From Oceanispirochaeta sp. (GTDB taxonomy: Bacteria > Spirochaetota > Spirochaetia > DSM-2461), in contig CAXXXD010000003.1 in NCBI GenBank assembly GCA_963663385.2, positions 256,001-320,000 on the forward strand: DNA of 64,000 bases, in the 5' to 3' direction. Made by a program: the position numbers and the translations under genes. Positions within the stretch are counted from its first letter, which is position 1. Each line of letters opens with the position of its first letter. The notes below the pieces were generated by a model. It searched no databases, was not told the origin of the DNA, and worked only from the letters and a program-made list of their open reading frames with translations. Of the stretch, positions 1 to 9,979 are shown piece by piece.

Positions 1-1208
1 TGGAAGGGTACGACTCCTCGGGAGCTGTGCTGGGGAACTTTCTGGCATCCTATCTGATGTACGGCAGCCTGGCCGGTTTTTTTAACTCCTGGTATACCTC
101 CCGTTACATTAATAACGGGATTGCCCGGAAAGTTTTCAGGGGGGAACATGTTTTTACCCTGAAAAAAGGCCGTTCCCTGAATCTGACGACCCGGATGCTG
201 CTCCTGATTTTTTCCTTGGGAATGATACCCCTGATTTTGAGTGTATATATTCCAGTGGTTTTCAATTTCTGGCTGTTTGAAGCCCTTTCCTCCAATCAGC
301 CGGTAGATGTCATGGATGTGGGACGGATTGTGGGACCCGTACTTATTGTTGCACTGGTAAACTCCTTTTTTCTGCTCTGTCTGATTGCAGCGGTTTTCTC
401 TTTCAAAAAGAATATCCAGTGGCCTCTGAACATTCTTATAGAAAGGATGCAGCAGGTTGCGAAAGGGGATTTTTCCTGTCGTTCGTCCGTTCTCTCTTCA
501 GATGAAATAGGGAATATGAAAGGGCACTTTAATAACATGGTGGAAGGACTGGAAGAGAGGGAGAAACTGAGGGATACATTCGGGAAGTTTGTTTCAATCG
601 AGATCGCCAAAAAACTGACGGAAACCCAGGGGATTGATCTGGCGGGGGAGGAGATAGAGACCACCGTCATGTTTGCGGATATCCGCAGTTTTACCTCCTT
701 AAGCGAGGGGTACTCTCCCAGGGAGCTTATCGAATTCCTCAATGAATATTTTTCCTTCATGGTGAAACCGATTATGGAGAATGAAGGGGTTATCAATAAG
801 TTTATAGGGGATTGCATAATGGCCGTATTCTCTCCGGTTTTCGGGTTGGAGAATCATGCGGAAGCGGCTGTTAAGGCCTCTCTGGCCATGCGGGAAGTAT
901 TAAAGGAGTTTAACCGCTCCGGGAAATACCCTGCCATCCGGCACGGCATCGGGATTCATACGGGTCTTCTGATAGCCGGGAATGTGGGCGCGGAAAGCCG
1001 GAAGGAATATACTGTTATTGGAGACACCGTTAATGTGGCTTCCCGTATAGAGAGTCAGACAAAGGTTTACAACACGGATATTCTAATCAGTGAATCCACC
1101 TGTGATCTGTTAAGTCCGGACTTTCTGGGAAATATAAAAACCATGCGGAACGAACCGGTTATCGTCAGGGGAAAATCCAGGCCGATCACCCTCTATTCTC
1201 TGGGGTGA
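1..1208 (+). CDS. Membrane-bound class III adenylate/guanylate cyclase with HAMP domain (5'-truncated by window edge)
   Basis: TM segments, HAMP (DEIGNM..FNNM), cyclase motifs FADIRSFT, KFIGDCIMAVF, GIGIHTG, YTVIGDTVNVASRIE; frame is open to the window start. Confidence 0.9.
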   Translation, partial: EGYDSSGAVLGNFLASYLMYGSLAGFFNSWYTSRYINNGIARKVFRGEHVFTLKKGRSLNLTTRMLLLIFSLGMIPLILSVYIPVVFNFWLFEALSSNQPVDVMDVGRIVGPVLIVALVNSFFLLCLIAAVFSFKKNIQWPLNILIERMQQVAKGDFSCRSSVLSSDEIGNMKGHFNNMVEGLEEREKLRDTFGKFVSIEIAKKLTETQGIDLAGEEIETTVMFADIRSFTSLSEGYSPRELIEFLNEYFSFMVKPIMENEGVINKFIGDCIMAVFSPVFGLENHAEAAVKASLAMREVLKEFNRSGKYPAIRHGIGIHTGLLIAGNVGAESRKEYTVIGDTVNVASRIESQTKVYNTDILISESTCDLLSPDFLGNIKTMRNEPVIVRGKSRPITLYSLG

Positions 1209-1218
1209 AAGGTCCGCC

Positions 1219-1247
1219 TTGTCACCATGGACAAAGAATTATATGAT
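1219..1247 (+). promoter_or_regulatory. Sigma70-type promoter of murC (probably leaderless)
   Basis: TTGTCA-17bp-TATGAT, 6 nt before ATG 1254. Confidence 0.55.
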
Positions 1248-1253
1248 CCTTCT

Positions 1254-2687
1254 ATGACTCAGAATCCAACTCCAGTTATCAAAGCCGGTCAGAAGGTCTG
1301 GCTTATCGGAATAAAGGGCACCGGAATGTGCGCCCTGGCAGAAATCCTTCAGTCCCGGGGAGTGGAGGTGTCCGGTTCGGATGTCCCCGAAGAGTTTTAT
1401 ACGGACACCGTATTAAAAAGCCTCGGCATCCCCTATAAAACGGAATTCAAGGCCTCTCATATAACTGATGATCTGGACTTCGTGGTCCGTTCCGCCGCCT
1501 ACGGTGAGGGGCATCCCGAGGTGGACGCCGCCGGGAAACAGGGCCTTCCGCTTCTGCTCTATCCCGAAGCGCTGGGACTGCTTTCGGAAAATGTTCCGGC
1601 GGGAGCCGTAAGCGGCGTGCATGGCAAGACAACCACAACGGCCATAACCGGCTGCCTTGTTCAGGCCCTGAACCTGCCCGGTGAAGTGCTGGTGGGCAGC
1701 GCGGTTCCCTCCTTCGGGAACCGTTCCACCCTGATTCAGGGGGGCGATTTCTTTATTGCCGAAACCTGCGAGTACCGCCGCCATTTTATGCATTTTTTTC
1801 CGGACCGTATGATCCTTACCAGTGTGGAGCCGGATCATCTTGATTATTTTAAGGATATGGACGATATCAGCGAAGCCTTTGTCTCCTTTATAGAAAAACT
1901 ACCGCAGGGGGGCACTCTGATATATTGCGGGGATGATCCCGGGGCAGCGGCCGCTGCAGAAGAAGCCCGTGTGAAGCGGAAGGACCTGAACTGTATTCCC
2001 TACGGTTTTTCCGTTGACGGGGCATGGGGTATTTCAAAGGAAGAAGCCGGAGAAGGGGAAAACCGGTTCCGGATTAACGCTCTGGATAAAACCTTTCGTA
2101 TACGGATTCCGGGAGATCATGTGATTCAGGATGCCGCCGCCGCTCTGGCTTTGGTATGTGATCAACTCAAATCCATGGGTATGGAGATCAATTCAAATGT
2201 TGCGGATCAGCTGGCTGAAGGAATCTATAATTTTACAGGAAGCCGCCGCCGCAGCGAGATCGTGGGAGAAAGGAAGGGTATCCTGATAATGGACGATTAC
2301 GGGCATCACCCTTCGGCGGTGCGAAAAACCCTGGAAGGGATCCGGGAGTTTTATCCGGGCAGGCGGATTGTTGTGGATTTTATGTCCCATACCTATACCC
2401 GTACAGCAGCTCTTCTGGATGATTTTGCCGCCTCCTTCGGGGCTGCCGACCAGGTTATCCTTCATAAAATCTATGCTTCCGCCAGAGAGGAGTATAGTGG
2501 TGCCATAACAGGCAAAGATCTGTATAATAAAACCTGCGGGCACCACAGGAATGTCCGCTATTTTGATGAGCCGGAGGAAGCTCTGCCTTATCTGAAGAAG
2601 GAGCTCCGTCCGGGTGACCTTTTTATTACCATGGGAGCCGGTAACAACTGGCCCCTGGGACGCAGTTTGTATAATGCACTATCCTAG
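1254..2687 (+). CDS. murC: UDP-N-acetylmuramate--L-alanine ligase
   Basis: GIKGTGM, GSD, GVHGKTTTT, DHLDYF, DDYGHHP, HTYTRT, TMGAGN motifs; start 1254 preferred over 1227. Confidence 0.95.
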   Translation: MTQNPTPVIKAGQKVWLIGIKGTGMCALAEILQSRGVEVSGSDVPEEFYTDTVLKSLGIPYKTEFKASHITDDLDFVVRSAAYGEGHPEVDAAGKQGLPLLLYPEALGLLSENVPAGAVSGVHGKTTTTAITGCLVQALNLPGEVLVGSAVPSFGNRSTLIQGGDFFIAETCEYRRHFMHFFPDRMILTSVEPDHLDYFKDMDDISEAFVSFIEKLPQGGTLIYCGDDPGAAAAAEEARVKRKDLNCIPYGFSVDGAWGISKEEAGEGENRFRINALDKTFRIRIPGDHVIQDAAAALALVCDQLKSMGMEINSNVADQLAEGIYNFTGSRRRSEIVGERKGILIMDDYGHHPSAVRKTLEGIREFYPGRRIVVDFMSHTYTRTAALLDDFAASFGAADQVILHKIYASAREEYSGAITGKDLYNKTCGHHRNVRYFDEPEEALPYLKKELRPGDLFITMGAGNNWPLGRSLYNALS

Positions 2688-2698
2688 GAGAAGAATAT

Positions 2699-3565
2699 AT
2701 GATCAGCATGACCGGATACGGTTACAGGGAATTTCAGAATGAAAGAGTACGATTCACCCTTGAAATCAAGACCTATAACAACAGATACCTTGATCTGATA
2801 CTGAATATGCCTGCCCCCCTTTCTCCCCTGGAAGCCAGGGTACGGAGCCTGATGAATGAAACACTGAAGAGAGGGCGTGTGGAAGTTTATCTCCGGATGA
2901 AGGAACTGGAGGAGGATCTTTCTCTTATAGTTGATCCGGCTGCTGTAAAAAGCTATGCGGAAACTCTCAGAGAGATTCAGGGTATAGCCGGTATTGACGG
3001 GGCTCTTTCTCTGGGGCACATCCTTTCCATGGACGGCGTTATAAAAACGGAAAAGAACCGGGATCTGGAACTTTACTGGGAGATCCTGAAGCCCCTGTTT
3101 GAGGATGTTCTGGAGCAGCTGATGGAAGACCGCCGCAGGGAAGGCGCCAGCACGGAGAAGGATATAATGGGACAGGTCGCTTTTCTGGAGGACCGGGTAG
3201 GCAACATTGCTAAACTGGCACCGGAGATGGAAAAGAACATTGACAAGTCCCTGCGGGATAAATTTGCGGAACTGCTGGAGGGACAGGTGGATGAAACCCG
3301 TCTCCTCTCGGAGATTGCGGTTCAGCTGGTCCGCTTTGATATCAACGAAGAGGTTGTCCGGCTGAAGACACATTTCGCCAGCTTCCGGGAAGTGGCGGGG
3401 CTGGACGAACCAGTGGGGAAAAAACTGGATTTTCTGTGTCAGGAGATCAACCGGGAAATCAATACGATCGGATCAAAGAGTACCCTGGTGGAGATAAACC
3501 GCTATGTGGTGGATATGAAGGATTCTCTGGAAAAAGTAAGGGAGCAGCTGCGTAATGTCGAGTAA
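2699..3565 (+). CDS. yicC: YicC/YloC family endoribonuclease
   Basis: SMTGYG N-terminus, NNRYLD, GKKLDFLCQEINREINTIGSK, REQLRNVE C-terminus. Confidence 0.93.
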   Translation: MISMTGYGYREFQNERVRFTLEIKTYNNRYLDLILNMPAPLSPLEARVRSLMNETLKRGRVEVYLRMKELEEDLSLIVDPAAVKSYAETLREIQGIAGIDGALSLGHILSMDGVIKTEKNRDLELYWEILKPLFEDVLEQLMEDRRREGASTEKDIMGQVAFLEDRVGNIAKLAPEMEKNIDKSLRDKFAELLEGQVDETRLLSEIAVQLVRFDINEEVVRLKTHFASFREVAGLDEPVGKKLDFLCQEINREINTIGSKSTLVEINRYVVDMKDSLEKVREQLRNVE

Positions 3566-4106
3566 TAAACCATTCAGGATAGCCATCTCCGGTAAAAGCG
3601 GATGCGGGAATACGACAGTTACGGGTATTCTGGCCAAACGGCTGCAGATAAAGATGATTAATTACACCTTTCATAATATTGCGGAGGACCGGGGGATCGA
3701 CTTCAGGGAACTCTGCCGCATGGCCGAGGAGGATCCCCAGTGGGACTACTTTGTAGATGAAAACCAGGTGAAACTGGCTATGGAAGGCTCCTCCGTTCTG
3801 GGGTCCCGGCTGGCTATCTGGATGCTGAAAGAAGCGGATCTTAAGGTCTTTCTGACAGCTTCATCCGAAACAAGGGCCGCCCGGATCCAGCACAGGGAGG
3901 GTGGCACTCTGGAGCAGCGGGCGGAAGAAACGGCCCTGCGGGACAGGCGGGACAACGGCCGTTACAAAAAGCTGTACCATATCGATAATGACGATTACAG
4001 TTTTGCCGACCTGATTATCAATACGGACCGTCTGGATCAGTATCACGTGGCCGATATTATAGAGGCTGCGGCGCTGGCTCTGATGTCTGAACGGAAAGAG
4101 GAATAA
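3555..4106 (+). CDS. cmk: Cytidylate kinase, short archaeal/spirochaetal type
   Basis: ISGKSGCGNTT P-loop variant, GSRLAIW, RAARIQHREG, RYKKLYHID..DLIINTD. Confidence 0.85.
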   Translation: MSSNKPFRIAISGKSGCGNTTVTGILAKRLQIKMINYTFHNIAEDRGIDFRELCRMAEEDPQWDYFVDENQVKLAMEGSSVLGSRLAIWMLKEADLKVFLTASSETRAARIQHREGGTLEQRAEETALRDRRDNGRYKKLYHIDNDDYSFADLIINTDRLDQYHVADIIEAAALALMSERKEE

Positions 4107-4111
4107 TATAT

Positions 4112-4164
4112 GAAAAGGGTTGTTGCAATGGGGGATTCCAGTTACTGTTGTAACAACCCTTTTC
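4112..4164 (+). terminator. Inverted repeat/terminator after cmk
   Basis: GAAAAGGGTTGTTGCAA...TTGTAACAACCCTTTTC. Confidence 0.6.
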
Positions 4165-4443
4165 TTGATAGATAAGTATATCTTCTGTTTAATAAACGTT
4201 TGAAAAATAATCAGTTTATATCTATTCCTGAATGGATTATATTCTTTTTGTGAAATTGTTAAGACCGTAAAATTATAATTAATTCATATAAATCCCGATA
4301 AATCAGATTTTTGATTCTATTCTCATTGATAAGAATAATTTAGCTAATATCTTTTAATATAATGATATAAGACTATTAAAAAGAGAATCCCGCTTTTTAG
4401 GCAAATTTATAACTTTACAAACAGGGATTTGTGTGATCATAAT

Positions 4444-4459
4444 ATGCATACGTATGCAT
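4444..4459. promoter_or_regulatory. LacI-type operator, copy 1
   Basis: Perfect palindrome ATGCATACGTATGCAT directly downstream of TTTACA-18-CATAAT. Confidence 0.8.
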
Positions 4460-4502
4460 GTAAATTGAATTGTTTAATTAAAGTATCAAGAGGAATCATG
4501 AA

Positions 4503-5558
4503 ATGAGTGAGCAGATCAGGTTTTCACCGCAAAAGATGGAAGCCTTTATCTTTGAAATTTATCAAAAGGCAGGTATGAGCGATGACGATGCCCATACCTG
4601 TGCGGAATGTACCGTAAAAACAAATTTGTGGGGAGTTGACTCCCATGGAGTGTTGAGGACTCCAGCCTATGTTGACCGGATCCTGAAAGGTGCTGTCAAT
4701 GCTAAAGCATCGGTTCGTTTTCTGAAGGGTGAAGACGGTCCGCTGTCCCTGATGGACGGCGATGCCGGCATGGGGTATGTGGTCGGACAGAAAGCCATGG
4801 AGACTGCCATCTCCAAGGCCAAGACGTTCGGAATCGGCATGGTTATCGTAAAAAACAGCAACCATTTCGGTGCCGCCTCCCTTTTTGCCAGACAGGCGGC
4901 GGAAGTCGGGATGCTTGGACTGGTAACTACCAATGTTATTCCCAATATCGGGATGCCCGGCAACAAAAAATCCGTTACCGGAAACAACCCGATTGCCATG
5001 GCGGCTCCCATGGGCAAAGAGTATCCCTTCTCTCTGGATATCTCCATGAGTGCTGTAGCTGGCGGGAAAATCCTTCTGGCCCAGAAAAAGAATGAGAAGA
5101 TTCCCACAACCTGGGCGATTGATAAGGAAGGAAACCCCACGGACGATCCCATTGCCGGATTTGCGGGAATTCTGCTTCCCGCGGGAATGCATAAAGGACT
5201 GGGGATGTCCCTGTTTATCGACATTCTCACTGGTGTTTTAAGCGGAGGCCCTTTTCTGCAGAACCTGAAGAGCATGTATAAAAACCCGGATGATCCCAGT
5301 GAAACATCCCACCTGTTTATGGTCATGGACCCCGGTTTTTTCCTGGAAAAGGAAGAATTCGATGTCAGGATGAAAGAGTGGGCCCGTATGATCAAGGCCA
5401 CTCCCATGGCCGAAGAAGGGGCGGAGCAGATTATCCCCGGAGAGATCGAATATAACTGCGAGCAGCAGAGAAGGAAAGAGGGACTCCCCATTCCGTCAGA
5501 ACTGGTAAAGGATCTGAATGAACTTTCAGAGAAATTGGGAATGACCGCAAAGCTCTAG
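4503..5558 (+). CDS. Ldh_2 family NAD(P)-dependent oxidoreductase (YiaK/AllD/ComC-like)
   Basis: DSHGV, NSNHFGAA, GNNPIAMAAP, LDISMS, HKGLG motifs. Confidence 0.9.
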   Translation: MSEQIRFSPQKMEAFIFEIYQKAGMSDDDAHTCAECTVKTNLWGVDSHGVLRTPAYVDRILKGAVNAKASVRFLKGEDGPLSLMDGDAGMGYVVGQKAMETAISKAKTFGIGMVIVKNSNHFGAASLFARQAAEVGMLGLVTTNVIPNIGMPGNKKSVTGNNPIAMAAPMGKEYPFSLDISMSAVAGGKILLAQKKNEKIPTTWAIDKEGNPTDDPIAGFAGILLPAGMHKGLGMSLFIDILTGVLSGGPFLQNLKSMYKNPDDPSETSHLFMVMDPGFFLEKEEFDVRMKEWARMIKATPMAEEGAEQIIPGEIEYNCEQQRRKEGLPIPSELVKDLNELSEKLGMTAKL

Positions 5559-5612
5559 GAAGCTGAAGCGATCCAGATAGTAATTTTTTTACAAATAGTG
5601 AGGTTTATAAAA

Positions 5613-6527
5613 ATGAAAAAGCAGACTAAATTCAAGTTAGACAAAAGAGACTCCATCTGGTTTCACGAGAACAGTGCGCCTGTTTGTGTCAATTATGCAA
5701 AAGAAGTATGTGACGTGGCCATTCTGCCCATCGGTGCCATTGAACAGCACGCTATTCATGCTCCCACCGGTATGGATACCTTCAATGCTATCGGTATCGC
5801 CGAAAGGGTTGCCAAAAAAACAGGCGCCATGATTCTGCCTTGTCCCATGTACGGATCACACCCCCACCACCACTGGGGAATGCCCGGTACCATTCCCCTG
5901 ACATATGAAACACACATCGGCCTGCTGATGGATATTGTTCGCGGTGCTGCTGTTGCCGGTTACAACAAGTTTATCATCATTTCCGCTCACGGACAGGTTT
6001 CTTCCATGATCGTAGCAACCCACAAACTGGGCATTGAAGGTTTCTTTACCATCTCTTCCACCTGGTATGACTTTCTAAGAGATGACAAAACCGAACTGGA
6101 AGATTATATGTGGCACGCAGACGAAGCGGAAACTTCCGTTGGTCTTTACATGTACCCCGAATGGATCAATATGGATCTGGTAGAAGACGGCGGCGGAACA
6201 GCTCTGGTTGATTCCAAATGGAAAATCGCCCCCGGTCAGGCTGCCGGTGCCGGTATGATGTATCACTTCGAAGGAACCTTCGGTCTCCCCGAAAAAGATG
6301 ACCTGGCTACGGGTGTAATCGGTAATCCCACCAAAGCTACCTACGAAAAGGGAAAAGCCTGTATCGACAAGGTTGTTGATCATTACGCGGAATTCATTGA
6401 AGAAGTAAAATCCAAATACCCCTGTGGAATCAATCCTCTGGGATTCAGAAACCCTATGGGATCCAACAACTCTCATAACATTGTGTACGATAGTGACCAC
6501 GATAGCAAAGGACAGCTGAAAAAATGA
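5613..6527 (+). CDS. Creatininase-family hydrolase, IolN (3-dehydro-scyllo-inosose hydrolase)-like
   Basis: PIGAIEQH..HAPTGMDT, YGSHPHHHWGMPGTIP, HGQ, HADEAETS metal motifs. Confidence 0.8.
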   Translation: MKKQTKFKLDKRDSIWFHENSAPVCVNYAKEVCDVAILPIGAIEQHAIHAPTGMDTFNAIGIAERVAKKTGAMILPCPMYGSHPHHHWGMPGTIPLTYETHIGLLMDIVRGAAVAGYNKFIIISAHGQVSSMIVATHKLGIEGFFTISSTWYDFLRDDKTELEDYMWHADEAETSVGLYMYPEWINMDLVEDGGGTALVDSKWKIAPGQAAGAGMMYHFEGTFGLPEKDDLATGVIGNPTKATYEKGKACIDKVVDHYAEFIEEVKSKYPCGINPLGFRNPMGSNNSHNIVYDSDHDSKGQLKK

Positions 6528-7351
6528 AATTGAAGGGTAAAGTTGCCGTTATTACCGGCGGTACCAAAGGAATAGGCCTCGGGATAGCTGAGGAATTCAT
6601 TAAGGAAGGTGCCAAAGTATGTATCGGCGGACGGGACCCTGAAACCGGCGCGGAGGGACTGAAAATTCTTCAGGACCTCGGCGGCGAGGCCATGTTCGTA
6701 CCCTGTGACGTGGCTAAGGTCTCTGATCTGCAGAATATACTGGATAAAACAGTGGAAGCTTTCGGCCGGCTGGATATTTACGTGGCCAATGCGGGAATCA
6801 ACGATTCCAATAAAACACACTTTCTGGATATTACCGAAGAGTCCTATGACAGAATCATGGACGTAAACCTCCGGGGAATGTTTTTCGGCGGACAGAGAGC
6901 CGCCCGTATTATGAAAGCCCAGGGCGAGGGGGGGGCCATTATCAATATGTCCTCCGTTAACGCTCACCTGGCGCTCGATTCCCAGATGGTGTATACCGCC
7001 AGTAAGGGAGGCGTTCAGCAGCTTACAAAAGTACAGGCTGTTGCCCTGGCCCCCTACGGGATCAAGGTTAATGCTATGGCTCCCGGTCCAATCGAAACGG
7101 ATCTCATGAGACGGGTTGGTTCGGACAAGCAGCTGATGGATACGATTATTTCCCGGACCCCAATCGGTCGTATCGGCACCACCAAAGAGTGCGGAAGACT
7201 GGCTGTATTCCTGGCCTGTGAAGACTCGGATTTTATCTTTGGTCAGTCTATCTACAACGATGGCGGTCGCGGTTTTCAGGCTTTTCCTAATCCCGGGTAT
7301 AAGACAGTAACCGATGAAGACTATGAAATCCTGATGCAGGCCAAAGGCTGA
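6524..7351 (+). CDS. Short-chain dehydrogenase/reductase (sugar/polyol dehydrogenase type)
   Basis: TGGTKGIG, NAG, SS, YTASK. Confidence 0.92.
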   Translation: MKLKGKVAVITGGTKGIGLGIAEEFIKEGAKVCIGGRDPETGAEGLKILQDLGGEAMFVPCDVAKVSDLQNILDKTVEAFGRLDIYVANAGINDSNKTHFLDITEESYDRIMDVNLRGMFFGGQRAARIMKAQGEGGAIINMSSVNAHLALDSQMVYTASKGGVQQLTKVQAVALAPYGIKVNAMAPGPIETDLMRRVGSDKQLMDTIISRTPIGRIGTTKECGRLAVFLACEDSDFIFGQSIYNDGGRGFQAFPNPGYKTVTDEDYEILMQAKG

Positions 7352-7362
7352 TTCTTATCTAA

Positions 7363-7447
7363 CCCTCACTCCCGGCCTCTCTCAATCTCCCCAAAAGGGG
7401 AGAAGGCAGTATTGATACCCCTCCCTTTGGAGGGGCCGGGAGAGGGG
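7363..7447. repeat. BoxC/REP-like GC-rich palindromic intergenic element
   Basis: CCCTCACTCCCGGCCTCTC...TCTCCCCAAAAGGGGAGA...CCCCTCCCTTTGGAGGGGCCGGGAGAGGG. Confidence 0.6.
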
Positions 7448-7616
7448 AGAATTGTTTTAATCAGATTTTTCTTCCCTTCGCCATCCGGGCTGGTCGGAAG
7501 CAGGTTTTCTGCTTTGGTCATAAACCCAGTTTATTGCTTGAGTATGCATAAGACTCGCCCTTGTATTCGGAGAAGAGGGGGGGAAGGGTATCAATTCAAA
7601 AAAAGGTGGTATTGTT

Positions 7617-8660
7617 ATGTCTACTTTAAGAGAGAGAAATTTCAGACGTCTCCAGGAAAGTATCGACGGAGTCAAGTCGGATGCCCACGCGGTATTCAAT
7701 TACTATACATTCCCGTTTTTTCAATCTGTTACAGGTGTTAACCTGGATGACTTTTTTCATAAACCCGAAGTAGCCCTGAAATGTCAGATAGAGGCGCTTG
7801 ACCAGCTTGAAGGAATCGGTAATCCTGTTCCGGATATGGGTTCGGTTGCCGTATCAAGCGGTTTGGGGGGTATCGTCGGATTTGATGATGCCGGGTTTAT
7901 TCATGTTCAGCCCAATCCGGAAATTGCCGCTGCAACAACGGTGGATGATCTGGACTGGCTGGAGCCGGGAGATCCCTATGCTGACAACTATATGACCAGG
8001 GCTCTTGAAACCCTGCAGTACATGGTGGATAACTGCCCCGATAGGTATAGAGTTAATGCCCATCCCATTATGGGGCCCTATACGGTTGGAGCCAATATCA
8101 GGGGAATAAGTGATTTCTGCGCGGATACCCTGGTAGAGCCGGATCTGGTTAAGAAAATTCTGGATGTGGTTATAGAAACAGAGATACGGTTTTTAAAGGC
8201 CCAGGAAAAAATTCTGGGTAAACTCCATCATGTTCTGGTGGGAGATGACCTCTCAGCTTTTCTGAGCGAACCTGTTTACAGGGAATTTATTCTTCCGGGA
8301 TATCAAAGGATTTTTGCGGAATTTCCTGATACCCAACCCTGGCTGCATAATGATTCTACAGCACGTCATGTGGCACCGGCTATCGGTGATTCCGGAATGG
8401 CAGTCTGGCAGTATCATCCCGGTATATCTCCCCGGGATGCCTTTGAATTAACCAAAGGAAATGTTACTCTGCTGGGTGGATTGAGTCCTCTGGATCTGCA
8501 GAAATGGACCGTAGAAGAGACTTATGATAAGTGTATCGAAGTGCTGAAATCTTTTAACGGAAACAGTAAGTTTGTGCTGGCTGCGGGCGGATCAGTCAAT
8601 CAGGTGCCCAATGCAAACCTGATGGCCATGTTTAAAGCAGCGGACGATTTTAAAATCTGA
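7617..8660 (+). CDS. Uroporphyrinogen decarboxylase (URO-D/MtaA-CmuA) family protein of unknown function
   Basis: GPYTVGANIRG, VGDD, Y..FILP, LLGGLSP, FVLAAG..VP..NL TIM-barrel pattern; lacks the HemE RQAGR motif. Confidence 0.8.
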   Translation: MSTLRERNFRRLQESIDGVKSDAHAVFNYYTFPFFQSVTGVNLDDFFHKPEVALKCQIEALDQLEGIGNPVPDMGSVAVSSGLGGIVGFDDAGFIHVQPNPEIAAATTVDDLDWLEPGDPYADNYMTRALETLQYMVDNCPDRYRVNAHPIMGPYTVGANIRGISDFCADTLVEPDLVKKILDVVIETEIRFLKAQEKILGKLHHVLVGDDLSAFLSEPVYREFILPGYQRIFAEFPDTQPWLHNDSTARHVAPAIGDSGMAVWQYHPGISPRDAFELTKGNVTLLGGLSPLDLQKWTVEETYDKCIEVLKSFNGNSKFVLAAGGSVNQVPNANLMAMFKAADDFKI

Positions 8661-8684
8661 CAGATATAGCAAACAGGAAGGACT

Positions 8685-8724
8685 CCGCCGGACCGTGATT
8701 GATCAAAGGTCTGGCGGTATTTTT
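8685..8724 (+). terminator. Rho-independent terminator
   Basis: CCGCCGGACC..GGTCTGGCGG stem followed by TATTTTT. Confidence 0.55.
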
Positions 8725-8977
8725 GTGTCCGTAAAAAGGTCTCATATCATTTTGAGGGAAAAGGTGAGGCCTGAGATCATTCAGTGAAAATGGATTTTTT
8801 CCAAACAACAGTAATAAAAAAGCTGCCGTAACGGTCAAGGAGTTGAATACCGGTACAGCAGCCAGGTTGTTTTTTTCATGCAGAGGCCTGGGCCTCTCCC
8901 CGGATCGCCGAACCGGGATATGACCGGATGACAGCACCCCCTTCCGTCCGGGGGGGGGCGGGGGAGCTCAGGGGGGG

Positions 8978-9667
8978 TTAAAAAATAGTCATAAGATGAA
9001 GTACAGTGGTCAGGATATTCTGGAGATGATGAGTCATATAACCCTCCGCTTCCTCGACCTTGTTGTTCAATATCATCTCACCCAGAATAAGGTGTTCTTC
9101 CGCATTTTTCTGGGTTCTGTCGCCCATGGCGGTAACACCTGTCCGGATGCGGGTCCATTTTATATCAATGTCATCGATCAGTTTTTTAAGATAGGGAGAT
9201 TTTGTCATCTCACTGATTGTATTATGAAACCGGGTATCAAGGTTTTCCCAGATTCTGTTCAGTTCCGGATTGATGCCAAAACTGCTGAAGTCTGATTTCA
9301 GGAACAGCTCAATTTCCTCCAGAACCTTCCTGAACTCCTGCTCATCCCCTTCTGTTTTTCGTTCAATGGCCAGACGGACAGTGGTGCACTGCAGGCTGAT
9401 TTTTGCGTCAAAGTACTGAACCAGTTCTTCCGAAGTCGGGCGGTAAATCGTCTTTTTTCCATTATGGTTGATAATCAGACCTTCCTGTTCCAGGACATTG
9501 ATAGCCATGGTCACAGGCGTCCGGCTTACACGCAGTTCCTTCGCAATTTCAATTTCAGAAATTATTTCATCCGGTTTGTATTTGTTATCACAGAAATTCT
9601 GCCTGATCTTTCTGTAAACATGCTCCCATACTTTCTCTTTAACAGGAGTTAACATCTGTTCGTTCAT
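8978..9667 (-). CDS. GntR family regulator with FCD domain
   Basis: HTH ISEIEIAKELRVSRTPV; FCD DTRFH...EEH. Confidence 0.9.
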   Translation of the reverse strand: MNEQMLTPVKEKVWEHVYRKIRQNFCDNKYKPDEIISEIEIAKELRVSRTPVTMAINVLEQEGLIINHNGKKTIYRPTSEELVQYFDAKISLQCTTVRLAIERKTEGDEQEFRKVLEEIELFLKSDFSSFGINPELNRIWENLDTRFHNTISEMTKSPYLKKLIDDIDIKWTRIRTGVTAMGDRTQKNAEEHLILGEMILNNKVEEAEGYMTHHLQNILTTVLHLMTIF

Positions 9668-9884
9668 AGTTACAGCATAATATGCTAAATAGAATTTGAC
9701 AACAGTAATTATGGAAATGTTTGATAATAATTATGATAGAATATTAAAATTATTATATAAGGCATTGCATAAAATCTTATTCAAGCAGTTTTTTTAAGTT
9801 GAATATCGATATAAGTCTGTTAGAACGATGTTAGAAGTCCTCATGTGCTGCATTAATAATAATTATATTAATGCAAAATATAAT

Positions 9885-9944
9885 TTGACACAGAGGATAT
9901 CTCATGCTACTATTTATTAAGCATTCAAATGCATACGTATTCAA
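9885..9944 (+). promoter_or_regulatory. TRAP operon promoter with LacI-type operator copy 2
   Basis: TTGACA-17-(TG)cTACTAT; ATGCATACGTATTCAA at 9929-9944 downstream of the -10. Confidence 0.8.
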
Positions 9945-9979
9945 GAAAGTTCCATAATTACAAATAGAGGAGGACGTAA

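Noticed and set aside
7617..8660. hemE or MtaA corrinoid methyltransferase call
   Set aside because: Lacks the HemE RQAGR motif and the HxC...C zinc ligands; no corrinoid protein in the window.
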